Source of the DNA: Betaproteobacteria bacterium UBA3031
Lineage (GTDB): Bacteria; Pseudomonadota; Gammaproteobacteria; Burkholderiales; Eutrophovitaceae
DNA length: 64,000 nucleotides
Reading direction: 5' to 3'
Assembly: GCA_002367635.1 (NCBI GenBank)
Contig: DFDI01000088.1
Coordinates: 18,671 to 82,670, forward strand
Positions 38,620-48,444 of this stretch are shown piece by piece. Numbering within the stretch: the first letter of the stretch is position 1; each line of letters opens with the position of its first letter. A program made the position numbers and the translations under genes. The notes under the pieces were generated by a model. It worked only from the letters and a program-made list of their open reading frames with translations, had not been told where the DNA came from and did no database searches.

Positions 38620-39405
38620 ATGTCAGACGCATTATTTTCCGTGAAAAATCAGATCGTTCTCATCACTGGGGGCGGCCGAGGCATTGGCAAAGAGATCGCA
38701 TCAGCCTTCGCTTCTAGAGACGCGACAGTCATCATTGCTGGTCGTGATAAAGCGACGCTGGATAAAACCGTAGAGGAGATTTCCGCAAAATCAGCTACGA
38801 TCCAAGCCGAAGTCTGTGACGTTTCTAGCTCAGAGGACGTTAACTCATTGGTGGAGTCTGTCGTTTCTCAGCACGGGAGAATCGATACGCTCGTGAGCGT
38901 CGCGGGGGTCAATAAGCGCATGAAAGCTGAGGCGTATACCCCTGAGGAGTATGACTGGATTACAGACATTAACGCCAAAGGGGCATGGATAATTGCCCAA
39001 GCGGTCGGGAAAAAAATGATCGCGCAGCAAAGCGGTTCAATTATTAACGTGGACTCACTCAACACGTATGCACCTCTACGCGGAACGACCCCTTACGCAA
39101 TGAGCAAAGCTAGTGTGCTGATGATGACTAGAGGCTTAGCCAACGAGTGGGGGCGACACGGGATACGCGTAAACTCGATTGCCCCTGGGTTTATCTTGAC
39201 AGACCTAACTAAAAAAGTTTGGTCCGATGAAACCATGCAAGCGTGGGGTAAAGCAAATACTCCGCTCGAGCGGCTTGGCACAGCCTCTGATTTAAGTGGT
39301 TCCGCAATCTTTCTAGCATCTGATGCGTCAAAGTTTATGACGGGTCAAACGATCAGGGTTGATGGCGGATTCACAGCAGGAATTAACTGGCCAATTGAAC
39401 TGTAA
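38620..39405 (+). CDS. SDR-family oxidoreductase (gluconate 5-dehydrogenase-like)
   Basis: TGGGRGIG cofactor motif and YAMSKA catalytic YxxxK. 261 aa. Confidence 0.85.
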   Translation: MSDALFSVKNQIVLITGGGRGIGKEIASAFASRDATVIIAGRDKATLDKTVEEISAKSATIQAEVCDVSSSEDVNSLVESVVSQHGRIDTLVSVAGVNKRMKAEAYTPEEYDWITDINAKGAWIIAQAVGKKMIAQQSGSIINVDSLNTYAPLRGTTPYAMSKASVLMMTRGLANEWGRHGIRVNSIAPGFILTDLTKKVWSDETMQAWGKANTPLERLGTASDLSGSAIFLASDASKFMTGQTIRVDGGFTAGINWPIEL

Positions 39406-39473
39406 GGAGCGCTAATGGTAAGAGCCAGGCTCGAGTAAATGCCCTGCAGGAGAAACTTCTGCCATACCAGTCT

Positions 39474-40721
39474 ATGACCACAAGGTTTGGGCAAAAATTA
39501 AATCTATCGAAGATTTTTCTGAGCTTGGTCTTATTCATACCTCTATGGATTTACTCAGAACCGGCTACAGCAATAAAAGGAATTGAGGCGTTTAACACTC
39601 GCTGGGTGGTCCCTTTTTTAAGTAACGGCTCGTGGGGCCGAGGTCCCCATTCAAATGCGGAATCGTGTGTCGATTGTCACAATGCCGGCACAAACCCTTA
39701 CATGTTCGACAGTTCAAATGGCAAGATAAACCCTATTGTTTTAAAAATTCGGAATTTAAATGGCAAATCTGGTCATCCAAGATATGGCAACGAATTAAGT
39801 CTATTCGGCATCACAGGTAAATTACCTAGAGAAGGGGCTTTCACTCTGCACTGGAAAAAGAAAAAAATCGGTCAACAGTTTATTCGATTTCCATCCCCCC
39901 AGATCACTGAGTTAAGGTTCGGTGAGCTAGGTAGAAGCACCACAACCTCTATTCGTATGGGACGAGATCTAACCAGCATTGGTTTGCTTGAGTCCGTCGA
40001 TGAGAATCAACTGAAATTAATCATTGCGGAACAAAAAACTCTAGGTCTAAATGGACGTATCAACTACGTCATTGATCCGATTAATAAAAAGACAGAAGTG
40101 GGACGTTTCGGGTATAAAGCATCGTCCCCCTCCCTATTAGACCAAATAAGCAAAGCGTTCCGAGATGAATTAGGCGTAACGTCAATATTTTATTCCGACA
40201 ACCCATGCGCGGCTAAGCAAGAAATTTGCACAGGATTAAATAATGTGGGCGGCCTTGAGGTTTCCGAAGATAACATTAACGCAATCGCTGAATTCCTTCG
40301 AGCGACTGAAACCCTTCCCCGCGATCATAAAAATGAAACAGGGCATATGGGTAAATCTCATTTCGAAATGGCTGGATGCAACGTCTGCCATCGTACCGAC
40401 CTTAACGCTACATCAACGAATAGCGAAGACACCCATACCGTCACCCTGTACACAGACCTCCTACTTCACGATATGGGTAGCGGCTTAAACGATGGGCTTA
40501 AGGAATTTCAAGCTCAACCCGAGGATTGGCGAACAGCCCCCTTAATAGGCATTGGGGAGCATTTAAGGTCCGGGGGCTCGTTACTTCATGATGGGCGGGC
40601 GAAGACCATAGAGGAGGCTATTCTGTGGCACGAAGGCGAAGCAATCTCGGCAAGAGATAACTATTTATTGCTTAAGCCCGAACACAAAACATTGTTACAA
40701 TCCTTCATCAAGAACCTTTAA
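39474..40721 (+). CDS. Di-haem cytochrome c oxidoreductase, DUF1111 family
   Basis: Signal peptide and two CxxCH motifs (CVDCH, CNVCH). GRFGYKA and LLHDG are typical of DUF1111. Confidence 0.75.
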   Translation: MTTRFGQKLNLSKIFLSLVLFIPLWIYSEPATAIKGIEAFNTRWVVPFLSNGSWGRGPHSNAESCVDCHNAGTNPYMFDSSNGKINPIVLKIRNLNGKSGHPRYGNELSLFGITGKLPREGAFTLHWKKKKIGQQFIRFPSPQITELRFGELGRSTTTSIRMGRDLTSIGLLESVDENQLKLIIAEQKTLGLNGRINYVIDPINKKTEVGRFGYKASSPSLLDQISKAFRDELGVTSIFYSDNPCAAKQEICTGLNNVGGLEVSEDNINAIAEFLRATETLPRDHKNETGHMGKSHFEMAGCNVCHRTDLNATSTNSEDTHTVTLYTDLLLHDMGSGLNDGLKEFQAQPEDWRTAPLIGIGEHLRSGGSLLHDGRAKTIEEAILWHEGEAISARDNYLLLKPEHKTLLQSFIKNL

Positions 40722-40752
40722 TATCATTTAAATTTTAAAGACAGTTATCGAT

Positions 40753-41391
40753 ATGGTCTCAATTGAAATATTCTCCGATGTGGTCTGCCCTTGGTGCTTC
40801 ATTGGCAAAAGAAATCTAGAAGCAGCGCTATTGCAACTCACGCGAGAACATGAGGGAGCCAAAAATATAAAAATTAACTGGCGGTCGTTTCAATTGAACC
40901 CGCAACTACCTTCCATCGGAATCTCACGTTCCGAATACACGTCCACTAAGTTTGGAGGCACGGAGCGTGCGGCAATGGTTTATGATCGAGTTCAACGGTC
41001 CGGTCATGAGGTTGGGTTAGAACTAAACTTTAACAAAATCGAGACCCAGCCAAATTCCAGCATCCTGCATGCCCTAGTCTATGCGGCAGAAATGGTTCAA
41101 CGAGATCACGATTTTGTTGAGAGTCTTTTTAAAGCATTTTTTATTGATGGGGTAGATCTAACCAATAGAGATAATATTATTGCGCTTGCGACTGATATTG
41201 GACTTAATGAGACTACTGTTGACTCTGTCCTAAATGATGGTCTTTTTATGGAAAAAATCGAAGAAGACATACAGGAGGCAACGCGCCTTGGTATCCAAGG
41301 TGTTCCATTCTTCATCATCAATAAATCTATTGGCTTATCGGGAGCTCAGCCCCCAGAAGCCATAGCCAAGGCAATAGAACAGTCGCTTTAA
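40753..41391 (+). CDS. DsbA-family oxidoreductase (FrnE-like)
   Basis: IEIFSDVVCPWCFIGK active-site motif and C-terminal GVPFFII...GAQP. Confidence 0.85.
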   Translation: MVSIEIFSDVVCPWCFIGKRNLEAALLQLTREHEGAKNIKINWRSFQLNPQLPSIGISRSEYTSTKFGGTERAAMVYDRVQRSGHEVGLELNFNKIETQPNSSILHALVYAAEMVQRDHDFVESLFKAFFIDGVDLTNRDNIIALATDIGLNETTVDSVLNDGLFMEKIEEDIQEATRLGIQGVPFFIINKSIGLSGAQPPEAIAKAIEQSL

Positions 41392-41420
41392 CAGTATTAA
41401 ATCAAAGATAGACAGTCAAT

Positions 41421-42446
41421 TTATTGTAACGCTGCGCCTAACTCAGTCACGAAGATATCGACATCCTCATCATTTAAATCAAGGTGAGTCACCAACCGCA
41501 CTGATTGCCCAGGAGTCATGAGAATGTTTTTAGCGCGAAGGTTAGTCGCAATACTGGTCACATCTACCTCGTCGAACGAGATAAACACCATATTGGTGTG
41601 AACCCCTAACACCTTAAGTTTCGGGTGGTTAAGTTTCAGTAATTGATCAAATAATAATCGCGCTCTTGCATGATCTGCGTCCAATCTTTCCAGATGGTGC
41701 TGCAATGCATAAATGCCTGCTGCAGCAAGAATGCCGGCTTGCCGCATACCACCACCCAGCACCTTGCGCCATCGTCTAGCCTTACGAATCAGATCTGCAG
41801 GTCCGCATAAGACCGAACCAACTGGTGCCCCTAATCCCTTAGAGAGACAGATCGATACCGTATCAAAAAATTGCGTGATCACGGTCACGTCAACACCAAG
41901 ACCAACGCTTGCATTAAATAATCGCGCGCCGTCTAGATGAAGTGACAAACCAGTACGATCACAAAAATTCCTGGCGCTTTCCAAATATTTAATGGGAAGA
42001 GGTTGGCCTGCTTGCGTATTTTCTAAGCACAGAAGCCTGGTACGAGCAAAATGTGGGTCGTCGGGCTTAATAGCTGCCTCTACCGCACCCAAATCCAACG
42101 TGCCATCTTTTTCGTAGTCCAATGGTTGAGGCTGAATGCTACCTAGCACCGCTGCACCTCCACCCTCATACTTATAGGTATGCCCTTGTTGGCCGACGAT
42201 ATACTCGTCGCCACGCTCGCAATGAACCAAAAGTGCGAGCAAATTGCTTTGAGTGCCACTTGCCACAAAAATTGAGGATTCCTTACCGCTCATCTGAGAA
42301 GCTAGAGATTCCAGTTCGTTTACCGTGGGGTCTTCGCCGTACACATCGTCACCAACTTCTGCAGACGCCATGGCTGCGCGCATCTCAAGAGTGGGTTTGG
42401 TGACTGTGTCGCTTCGAAAATCAATCTTGCGTTCTAGGATGCTCAT
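41421..42446 (-). CDS. ltaE: Low-specificity L-threonine aldolase
   Basis: [17 protein letters not shown] and [10 protein letters not shown] (PLP lysine). 341 aa. Confidence 0.88.
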   Translation of the reverse strand: MSILERKIDFRSDTVTKPTLEMRAAMASAEVGDDVYGEDPTVNELESLASQMSGKESSIFVASGTQSNLLALLVHCERGDEYIVGQQGHTYKYEGGGAAVLGSIQPQPLDYEKDGTLDLGAVEAAIKPDDPHFARTRLLCLENTQAGQPLPIKYLESARNFCDRTGLSLHLDGARLFNASVGLGVDVTVITQFFDTVSICLSKGLGAPVGSVLCGPADLIRKARRWRKVLGGGMRQAGILAAAGIYALQHHLERLDADHARARLLFDQLLKLNHPKLKVLGVHTNMVFISFDEVDVTSIATNLRAKNILMTPGQSVRLVTHLDLNDEDVDIFVTELGAALQ

Positions 42447-42528
42447 ACAATAAGGAATATTTTTTTCATGATCGAATCAAAATTCAAAAAAACAATATAA
42501 GACTTTAACCATAAATGTTGAAGAAAAT

Positions 42529-44568
42529 CTAGGTCTCCAACCCCAAAACACCAAGAATAAAGGCGTACTCAAACGCCATCTCTCTTAAAAAATCATAACG
42601 ACCGGAGGCGCCACCATGCCCAGCATCCATATTTACGTTGAGAAGCAGTGGTCTTTCATCAGTTTTGAGCTCGCGCAAACGAGCAACGTACTTTACTGGT
42701 TCCCAATACATGACTTGGCTATCGTTTAGAGACGTTTGTACAAGCATAGCGGGATAGTTTTGAGCCACAATATTGTCATAAGGTGAGTACGAATTGATGT
42801 ATTTGTAGTACGGTTTCAACTTTGGATTACCCCACTCCTCAAACTCTCCGATCGTAAGAGGCAACGTCTCATCCAGCATTGTGTTCACCACATCGACGAA
42901 TGGGACATCTGCCAGCACACCACAAAACAATTCTGGCGCCATATTAGTTACCGCTGCGACCAACAAACCTCCTGCGCTACCTCCTTGTATCACCAATCTA
43001 TCCGAACCAGTATAGCCAGCAGCAATTAAATGTTTCGCACAAGCAATAAAATCAGTGAAACTATGTCGCTTTAATAACATTTTTCCCTGATCGTGCCAAA
43101 CCTCCCCTCGCTCTCCTCCCCCACGAACATGGGCAGTTGCAAAAATAACACCCCGATCTAATAACGATAACCTGGTCGAGCTAAAGTAAGGATCATTGGG
43201 AATACCATATGCGCCGTACGCTGTGAGCACCATCGGGCTTAGGTGGTCGCCGCGCATGGCTCGCTTATACACAATGGTAACCGGCACAACCGAACCATCC
43301 TCAAGCCGAACCTCAATCAGTTCAGTGGCATATTGAGACTGCCGGTAACCTTTTTTAACAATATCTTGTTTGAGCAGTGTCGTTTTTCGAGAATCAAAAT
43401 GGTAGGCGTACACTGATTCGGGAGAAACATAGGACTCATATTCGAACAAATACTCGTCACAGTCATACTCTTCATTGTGGTAGCCAGAAACAGAACACAA
43501 GTGTTCGGGTAATGGAATCTCTTGACTAGATAAGGTTTTAAGATCGACAACTCGAAGGCGAGAAAAACCTTGAAATCTCTCTTCAACGACCATATGCTTT
43601 TTAAAGACATCAATATCGTCAATGACCAAATCCTGTTGATGCGAAATAACGTCCACCCAGAACTTCTCTTGGGTAGCCTCCTCCCTAACAAACATTACTC
43701 GAAAATTTTTTGCTTGCTTATTCGTTAGAACGAAAAACCCAGCCTCACCATGCTCAACATAGTACTCATGGCATGATCTGCGCTTAGCAAAAATCCGTAA
43801 TCCTTTTAAAGGATCATCCCCAGAAACATATAAAACCTCACTCGTCGTGCTGCTCGATGAGTGAATAAATAAATACTTACCGCTCCGCGAGCGTGCGACT
43901 GACACAGAAAAAAGAGGATCCGTTTCCTCATAAATAAACGAAGTCTTGCCAGTTTCTATGTCTCTACGCCAAACCTGGAAGGGTCGTTTCGCCCGATCCT
44001 CCAAAACGACAAACAGATATCTCCCATCATTTGCCCATGCAAAAGAACGCACTCTGTTGTGATAGAGCGTTATCTCTTCTTTACCACTCATCGATCGGAG
44101 TCGTAACTCAAAATCTCGAAAACCCGTAAAGTCTATCGAATACGCTAAGTGCGTTGACCCCGGTTTGATTTCAATATTACCCAGACTTGCATAGGATCGC
44201 CCCTTGGACAGAACATTTAAATCAAGAATCGCCTTTGGTCGGGTTGCAGCATTTCTTTTTCTATACAAAATCGGATATTGCTTACCTTTTTTCGTTTTAG
44301 AGAAATACAGAAAACCTTCTATTTGATAAGGAACACTTTCGTCATTTTCGTTAATACGACTTAGAAACTCGCAAAACAATCGTTTCTGCAAATCCAGACT
44401 GGGCTTCATCATCTCGTCGGTATAACGGTTTTCGGCTTCTAGATAAGCCCTAACTGCCTTGGATTTTTTCTTATGTACCCAACGATAAGGATCACTGCGT
44501 ACTTCTCCATGTAACGAATACGTATAAGGAATTTTCTCAGGGAAAGGTGGGCAAATTGATTTTTTCAT
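42529..44568 (-). CDS. ptrB: Oligopeptidase B (S9A prolyl oligopeptidase family)
   Basis: 679 aa. N-terminal beta-propeller, catalytic GGSAGG Ser, and downstream D/H (DAGHGG). Confidence 0.88.
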   Translation of the reverse strand: MKKSICPPFPEKIPYTYSLHGEVRSDPYRWVHKKKSKAVRAYLEAENRYTDEMMKPSLDLQKRLFCEFLSRINENDESVPYQIEGFLYFSKTKKGKQYPILYRKRNAATRPKAILDLNVLSKGRSYASLGNIEIKPGSTHLAYSIDFTGFRDFELRLRSMSGKEEITLYHNRVRSFAWANDGRYLFVVLEDRAKRPFQVWRRDIETGKTSFIYEETDPLFSVSVARSRSGKYLFIHSSSSTTSEVLYVSGDDPLKGLRIFAKRRSCHEYYVEHGEAGFFVLTNKQAKNFRVMFVREEATQEKFWVDVISHQQDLVIDDIDVFKKHMVVEERFQGFSRLRVVDLKTLSSQEIPLPEHLCSVSGYHNEEYDCDEYLFEYESYVSPESVYAYHFDSRKTTLLKQDIVKKGYRQSQYATELIEVRLEDGSVVPVTIVYKRAMRGDHLSPMVLTAYGAYGIPNDPYFSSTRLSLLDRGVIFATAHVRGGGERGEVWHDQGKMLLKRHSFTDFIACAKHLIAAGYTGSDRLVIQGGSAGGLLVAAVTNMAPELFCGVLADVPFVDVVNTMLDETLPLTIGEFEEWGNPKLKPYYKYINSYSPYDNIVAQNYPAMLVQTSLNDSQVMYWEPVKYVARLRELKTDERPLLLNVNMDAGHGGASGRYDFLREMAFEYAFILGVLGLET

Positions 44569-44649
44569 AGCAACTCACATCAGGTCAAACATGTCTTATA
44601 ATAAGACCTTATAAGAATTAAGAACTCAAGGTCAAAAATCTCAACTACT

Positions 44650-44835
44650 ATGCCAAAAAAACCTTACGAATCGGACACGACGACGTTCATCAAATCATTA
44701 TTCAAAAAAAATCCTGAGCTGCGAGAAAAGCAGCTGAAAGCAAGAAGTATTTGGTGGGATAGAGAGCAAGACCTGACGGAACGATCTGACCTGGAAAAAT
44801 CCAACGTTACTAAAAAACCCTACGAATATTACTAA
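44650..44835 (+). CDS. Small conserved protein, DUF3460-like
   Basis: 61 aa. The KKPYESDTTTFIKSL...WWDR pattern is recalled from betaproteobacterial DUF3460. Call is tentative. Confidence 0.5.
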   Translation: MPKKPYESDTTTFIKSLFKKNPELREKQLKARSIWWDREQDLTERSDLEKSNVTKKPYEYY

Positions 44836-44957
44836 CACCGCTTCATACTGCGCAGCTCGGCGAACTCACAATGCTGAGGAATGCGCATCGCCACGAGATT
44901 GACGATCCTCGTGACCGGCACCACATCCTAAAGGCACCCGAATCAGCCACCCCTTGA

Positions 44958-45374
44958 TCACTTAGACGGTGGCGGCGTTTTCGCTAAAGACTTAATTTCA
45001 AGCACGTTGTAGTTGGGATCCATAACAAAAAACGTTTGCTGCTCGTACTCGGTGCCGCCAAAACGAATATAAGGCTCATCTAAAAATCCCACAGTATTTA
45101 TAACGCTTTCTTTGACCTTCTCAAAGACGTCCCGCTCAAGATGCACACCGAAATGCGGAACAGCAACAGCGCCCATCTCTACGTTGTGACGCTCTCCATG
45201 CATGCTCGTCCTAGGGGTAGATGAATGGAGGGTTAACTCATTACCCCAAAAATTTATATCTACCCATTTACCTTCTTCAGAATTGTCAGTCTCACAGAAC
45301 AAAACGTCCGTATAAAACTTGACCGTCTCTTCAAGGTTACCTGCCTCTACGGCACAATGAAATATATTGCTCAC
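44958..45374 (-). CDS. VOC (glyoxalase/bleomycin-resistance/dioxygenase) family protein
   Basis: 138 aa. FHCAVEAGNLEE...FY beta-alpha-beta-beta-beta module and HFGVHL. Confidence 0.7.
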   Translation of the reverse strand: MSNIFHCAVEAGNLEETVKFYTDVLFCETDNSEEGKWVDINFWGNELTLHSSTPRTSMHGERHNVEMGAVAVPHFGVHLERDVFEKVKESVINTVGFLDEPYIRFGGTEYEQQTFFVMDPNYNVLEIKSLAKTPPPSK

Positions 45375-45717
45375 GTTACGCTCCTATAGTACAACTTTAT
45401 GTAATTTTACTGATTTTTTAAGACAAAGGGCACTCGTGATACATTTTACCTTCACAAGAAGGTGAGCATCATTGATATTCACGATTAGAATTACTTGCAA
45501 TCTGAATACGGTAAATATAATAACTTTGGCAACAGACAACCTAAAAATATAGAATGAGTGAATAAATTCACGAACTGATACAACTAACTTAACGTAGACT
45601 ATCGATAGAGTAAAAATTACAATTTAATAACTGCATTTGTTAACTTTAAGCAGAAATAATAGAGATTAATATACGGGTAAAGTGAACCTAAACTAAGAAC
45701 TCAAGAAGGGGGAGAAA

Positions 45718-46338
45718 ATGAAAATAAAGTTAATTCAAGTTATGTTGGCATTTGCATTCGGTGCCCTGGCACCTCAACAAGCGATAGCCGAGCATCACGA
45801 ACAAACGCTATGGGACGTCATCACGAATGACGATAGATTCTCTACGTTTGCAGTAATGGTTGAAAGCGCGAATGTCGAATACTTATTTAATGGGAAAACC
45901 AAGATCAATGCCACCGTATACATCCCGACTAACTTTGCCTTCTCCACGATGCCTCAAGCCATGAATGCGGCACTACGATTTGCTGAAAATAGAGAACCAC
46001 TGATTAAATTGATTAAAAGCCACTACTTTATAGGTACAGTAGACAACATGCAGGAAGGCGATTATCTCATGACCACAAACATTAACGGTGACCAAATCAG
46101 AATCGAGCAAGAGAAAAACCTGTTTGTTAAAGACATGATCGTTCAAAGCGAACCAATCATGGTTGGAGGCAATAAAATAATTCCTGTCGACTGTGTGATG
46201 TTCGTGCAGCCGAGCACCTCTGACTATCGCCTTAACGTCCAACAACAAGAGGATTACCTAATCACGTCTTGCTGCTTGAGAACCATGAACGAAGTAGCCG
46301 CTTTCGTAAAAAACAATAATTTTTTTGAAGCTCCGTGA
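45718..46338 (+). CDS. Fasciclin (FAS1) domain protein, exported
   Basis: Signal peptide. TLWDVI...FSTF...TVYIPTNFAF...IIPVD FAS1 motifs. Strong GGGGGAG RBS. Confidence 0.82.
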   Translation: MKIKLIQVMLAFAFGALAPQQAIAEHHEQTLWDVITNDDRFSTFAVMVESANVEYLFNGKTKINATVYIPTNFAFSTMPQAMNAALRFAENREPLIKLIKSHYFIGTVDNMQEGDYLMTTNINGDQIRIEQEKNLFVKDMIVQSEPIMVGGNKIIPVDCVMFVQPSTSDYRLNVQQQEDYLITSCCLRTMNEVAAFVKNNNFFEAP

Positions 46339-46523
46339 TGTGAATTTCTGTTTTGACAGCAAGCAGTCCAGATACAATCTGGGCTGCTCAAAGTCTTTCG
46401 AATAGGTAACAGAGTTCATATTTTTGGACCCCACACAATTCAACGCCAGATCAATGATCAAATAAACGCGTATGAAAGTGCCGGCAATTAAAAACTCGCT
46501 AACTGACCGACATTATAAAACCA

Positions 46524-47522
46524 GTGAAACTATCCATCCTTGATCAAAGCCCGGTTATAAAAGGGCACTCCCCCAATACGGCGATTACCGAAACTGTTAA
46601 TTTAGCGAAAATAGCCGACGAACTTGGGTTTTATCGTTACTGGCTAGCAGAGCATCACAACATGAGAGGACTAGCCAGCTCATGTCCAGAGATACTACTC
46701 ACAGCGATTGGGCAGCAAACCAAACGTATTCGGATTGGGACTGGCGCAGTTTTACTTCCTTACTACAGCGCAGCTAAAATTGCTGAAATGTTTCGCATGC
46801 AGGAGGCTTTATGCCCAGGCCGCATCGATCTTGGCATTGGTCGCGCACCAGGCGGTGACATGCTAACGGCAAAAGCAATCAATGAAAATTCCCTCTATTC
46901 CATAAATGAATTTCCCAAGCAAGTAGTTGATCTTGTTGGCTGGCTCCGCGACGAGTTAGGTGAAGACCATCCATTCAATTCAGTCAAAGCAATGCCGCAA
47001 GGTGACACGTGCCCCGAAATCTGGTTACTCGGGTCTTCCGACTACAGCAGCGCTCTTGCCGCACACCTCGGGGTTCGCTTTGCTTTTGCCCATTTTATTA
47101 ATCCATTCGGTGGCAATGCCGTAAGCCGACAATATCGCGCAACGTTTTCCCCATCCTCTCTCGAGACACAGCCAACTTCGATGGTTTGCATTTTTGTCAT
47201 TTGCGCAGAGTCTCATGAAGAGGCTGAATATCTTGCCGCCTCAATAGACCACAGGCGCGTCATGATGGCAACGGGAAAAGAAACGGAAATACTACCCAGC
47301 ACAGAGGCTACGCAGTGGCCATACTCAGAGCAAGAGCAACAAATTATCCAAAGAGAGCGTAGCCGAATTGTTTTGGGCACTCCTGAAAGTGTCAAACAAC
47401 AATTATCTGAAATCAAGAACGACTTTCAGGCCGATGAGCTAATGATCCTTACAATCACGGGAGACTATCGTACCCGCATCAAATCATACGAACTCATCGC
47501 TGAAGAATTTGGGCTCCACTAA
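46524..47522 (+). CDS. LLM-class flavin-dependent oxidoreductase (luciferase-like)
   Basis: GTG start. MKLSILDQSP...YRYWLAEHHN is typical of the LLM family. 332 aa. Confidence 0.85.
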   Translation: MKLSILDQSPVIKGHSPNTAITETVNLAKIADELGFYRYWLAEHHNMRGLASSCPEILLTAIGQQTKRIRIGTGAVLLPYYSAAKIAEMFRMQEALCPGRIDLGIGRAPGGDMLTAKAINENSLYSINEFPKQVVDLVGWLRDELGEDHPFNSVKAMPQGDTCPEIWLLGSSDYSSALAAHLGVRFAFAHFINPFGGNAVSRQYRATFSPSSLETQPTSMVCIFVICAESHEEAEYLAASIDHRRVMMATGKETEILPSTEATQWPYSEQEQQIIQRERSRIVLGTPESVKQQLSEIKNDFQADELMILTITGDYRTRIKSYELIAEEFGLH

Positions 47523-47544
47523 CTAGGCCTAACGCTTCTAACAT

Positions 47545-48414
47545 TTAGGACGCCTCAATCATCTGAGCAATAGCTAATATTCGGTACATAGAGCGCACAA
47601 CAGGTAGCTCAATCAGCTCACCATCCACAACTACCAAGCCAGTATCACTGCTCTCAAACGCCGCACACACTTTCCGCGCTCGATCAATATCATCTTGAGA
47701 AGGTGTAAAAAGTCGATTAATAACAGATAGCTGCTTTGGGTGAATTGCTGCTCGGCCGGTAAACCCAAGATCTCGACTTGATGTCGTTTCTCGTTCTAGC
47801 CCATCACTATCTATCAAATCTAAGTACGGCACATCGAGTAGGTCAATACCGGCACTTGCCGCAGCATGAACCAAACGCGAGCGAGTATAGAGTAGCGATT
47901 GCCAATCTCTCTTACATCTAAGATCCGCTGACATATCTACCCCGCCTAAAATTAGAGAGGTGACGCGCGAGCACGAGCGTGCGATCTCAACCGCAGACTC
48001 TAATGCTGCATTCGTCTCAATGATCACGCAAAAACTCAAATGCCTGGTATTTTCAGTCGAGAGCAACTCGTCAAGAATACGAATCTCGTTTGCCGATTTA
48101 ATCTTGGGTAACATTAAAGCGTCCGGGGGACACTTTAAATCAAACAAGGAATCTAGGTCACTCAACCCATGTCGAGTCGTAATGGGATTTATTCGAACCA
48201 TTGTCTCCGATGAGCTTTCATGTTTTTTTGAGAACAAATCCATTGTGAGGCCTCTAGATTCATCCTTCCTGTGCAGCGCCACTGCATCTTCTAAGTCGAT
48301 GCAAACAATATCTGAAGGCTCACTCAGCGCCTTTAGAAACATGTCTGGGCGGAGGCCGGGCACGAACAAAAGGCTGCGTCGTGCCCTCTCTATTTTTTCA
48401 ATGGTCATAGACAT
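47545..48414 (-). CDS. HpcH/HpaI aldolase / citrate-lyase beta (CitE)-like acyl-CoA lyase
   Basis: RRSLLFVPG...DLEDAV N-terminus characteristic of CitE/malyl-CoA-lyase-like enzymes. 289 aa. Confidence 0.8.
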   Translation of the reverse strand: MSMTIEKIERARRSLLFVPGLRPDMFLKALSEPSDIVCIDLEDAVALHRKDESRGLTMDLFSKKHESSSETMVRINPITTRHGLSDLDSLFDLKCPPDALMLPKIKSANEIRILDELLSTENTRHLSFCVIIETNAALESAVEIARSCSRVTSLILGGVDMSADLRCKRDWQSLLYTRSRLVHAAASAGIDLLDVPYLDLIDSDGLERETTSSRDLGFTGRAAIHPKQLSVINRLFTPSQDDIDRARKVCAAFESSDTGLVVVDGELIELPVVRSMYRILAIAQMIEAS

Positions 48415-48444
48415 ATCCTAAATTAATTACAAAAAAATAAATCT

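Noticed and set aside
44871-44957. A 28-codon ORF (MLRNAHRHEIDDPRDRHHILKAPESATP) inside the GC-rich spacer.
   Set aside because: It has no Shine-Dalgarno sequence and is very short. Its composition simply reflects the GC-rich spacer. I kept the region as an RNA or relic candidate instead.
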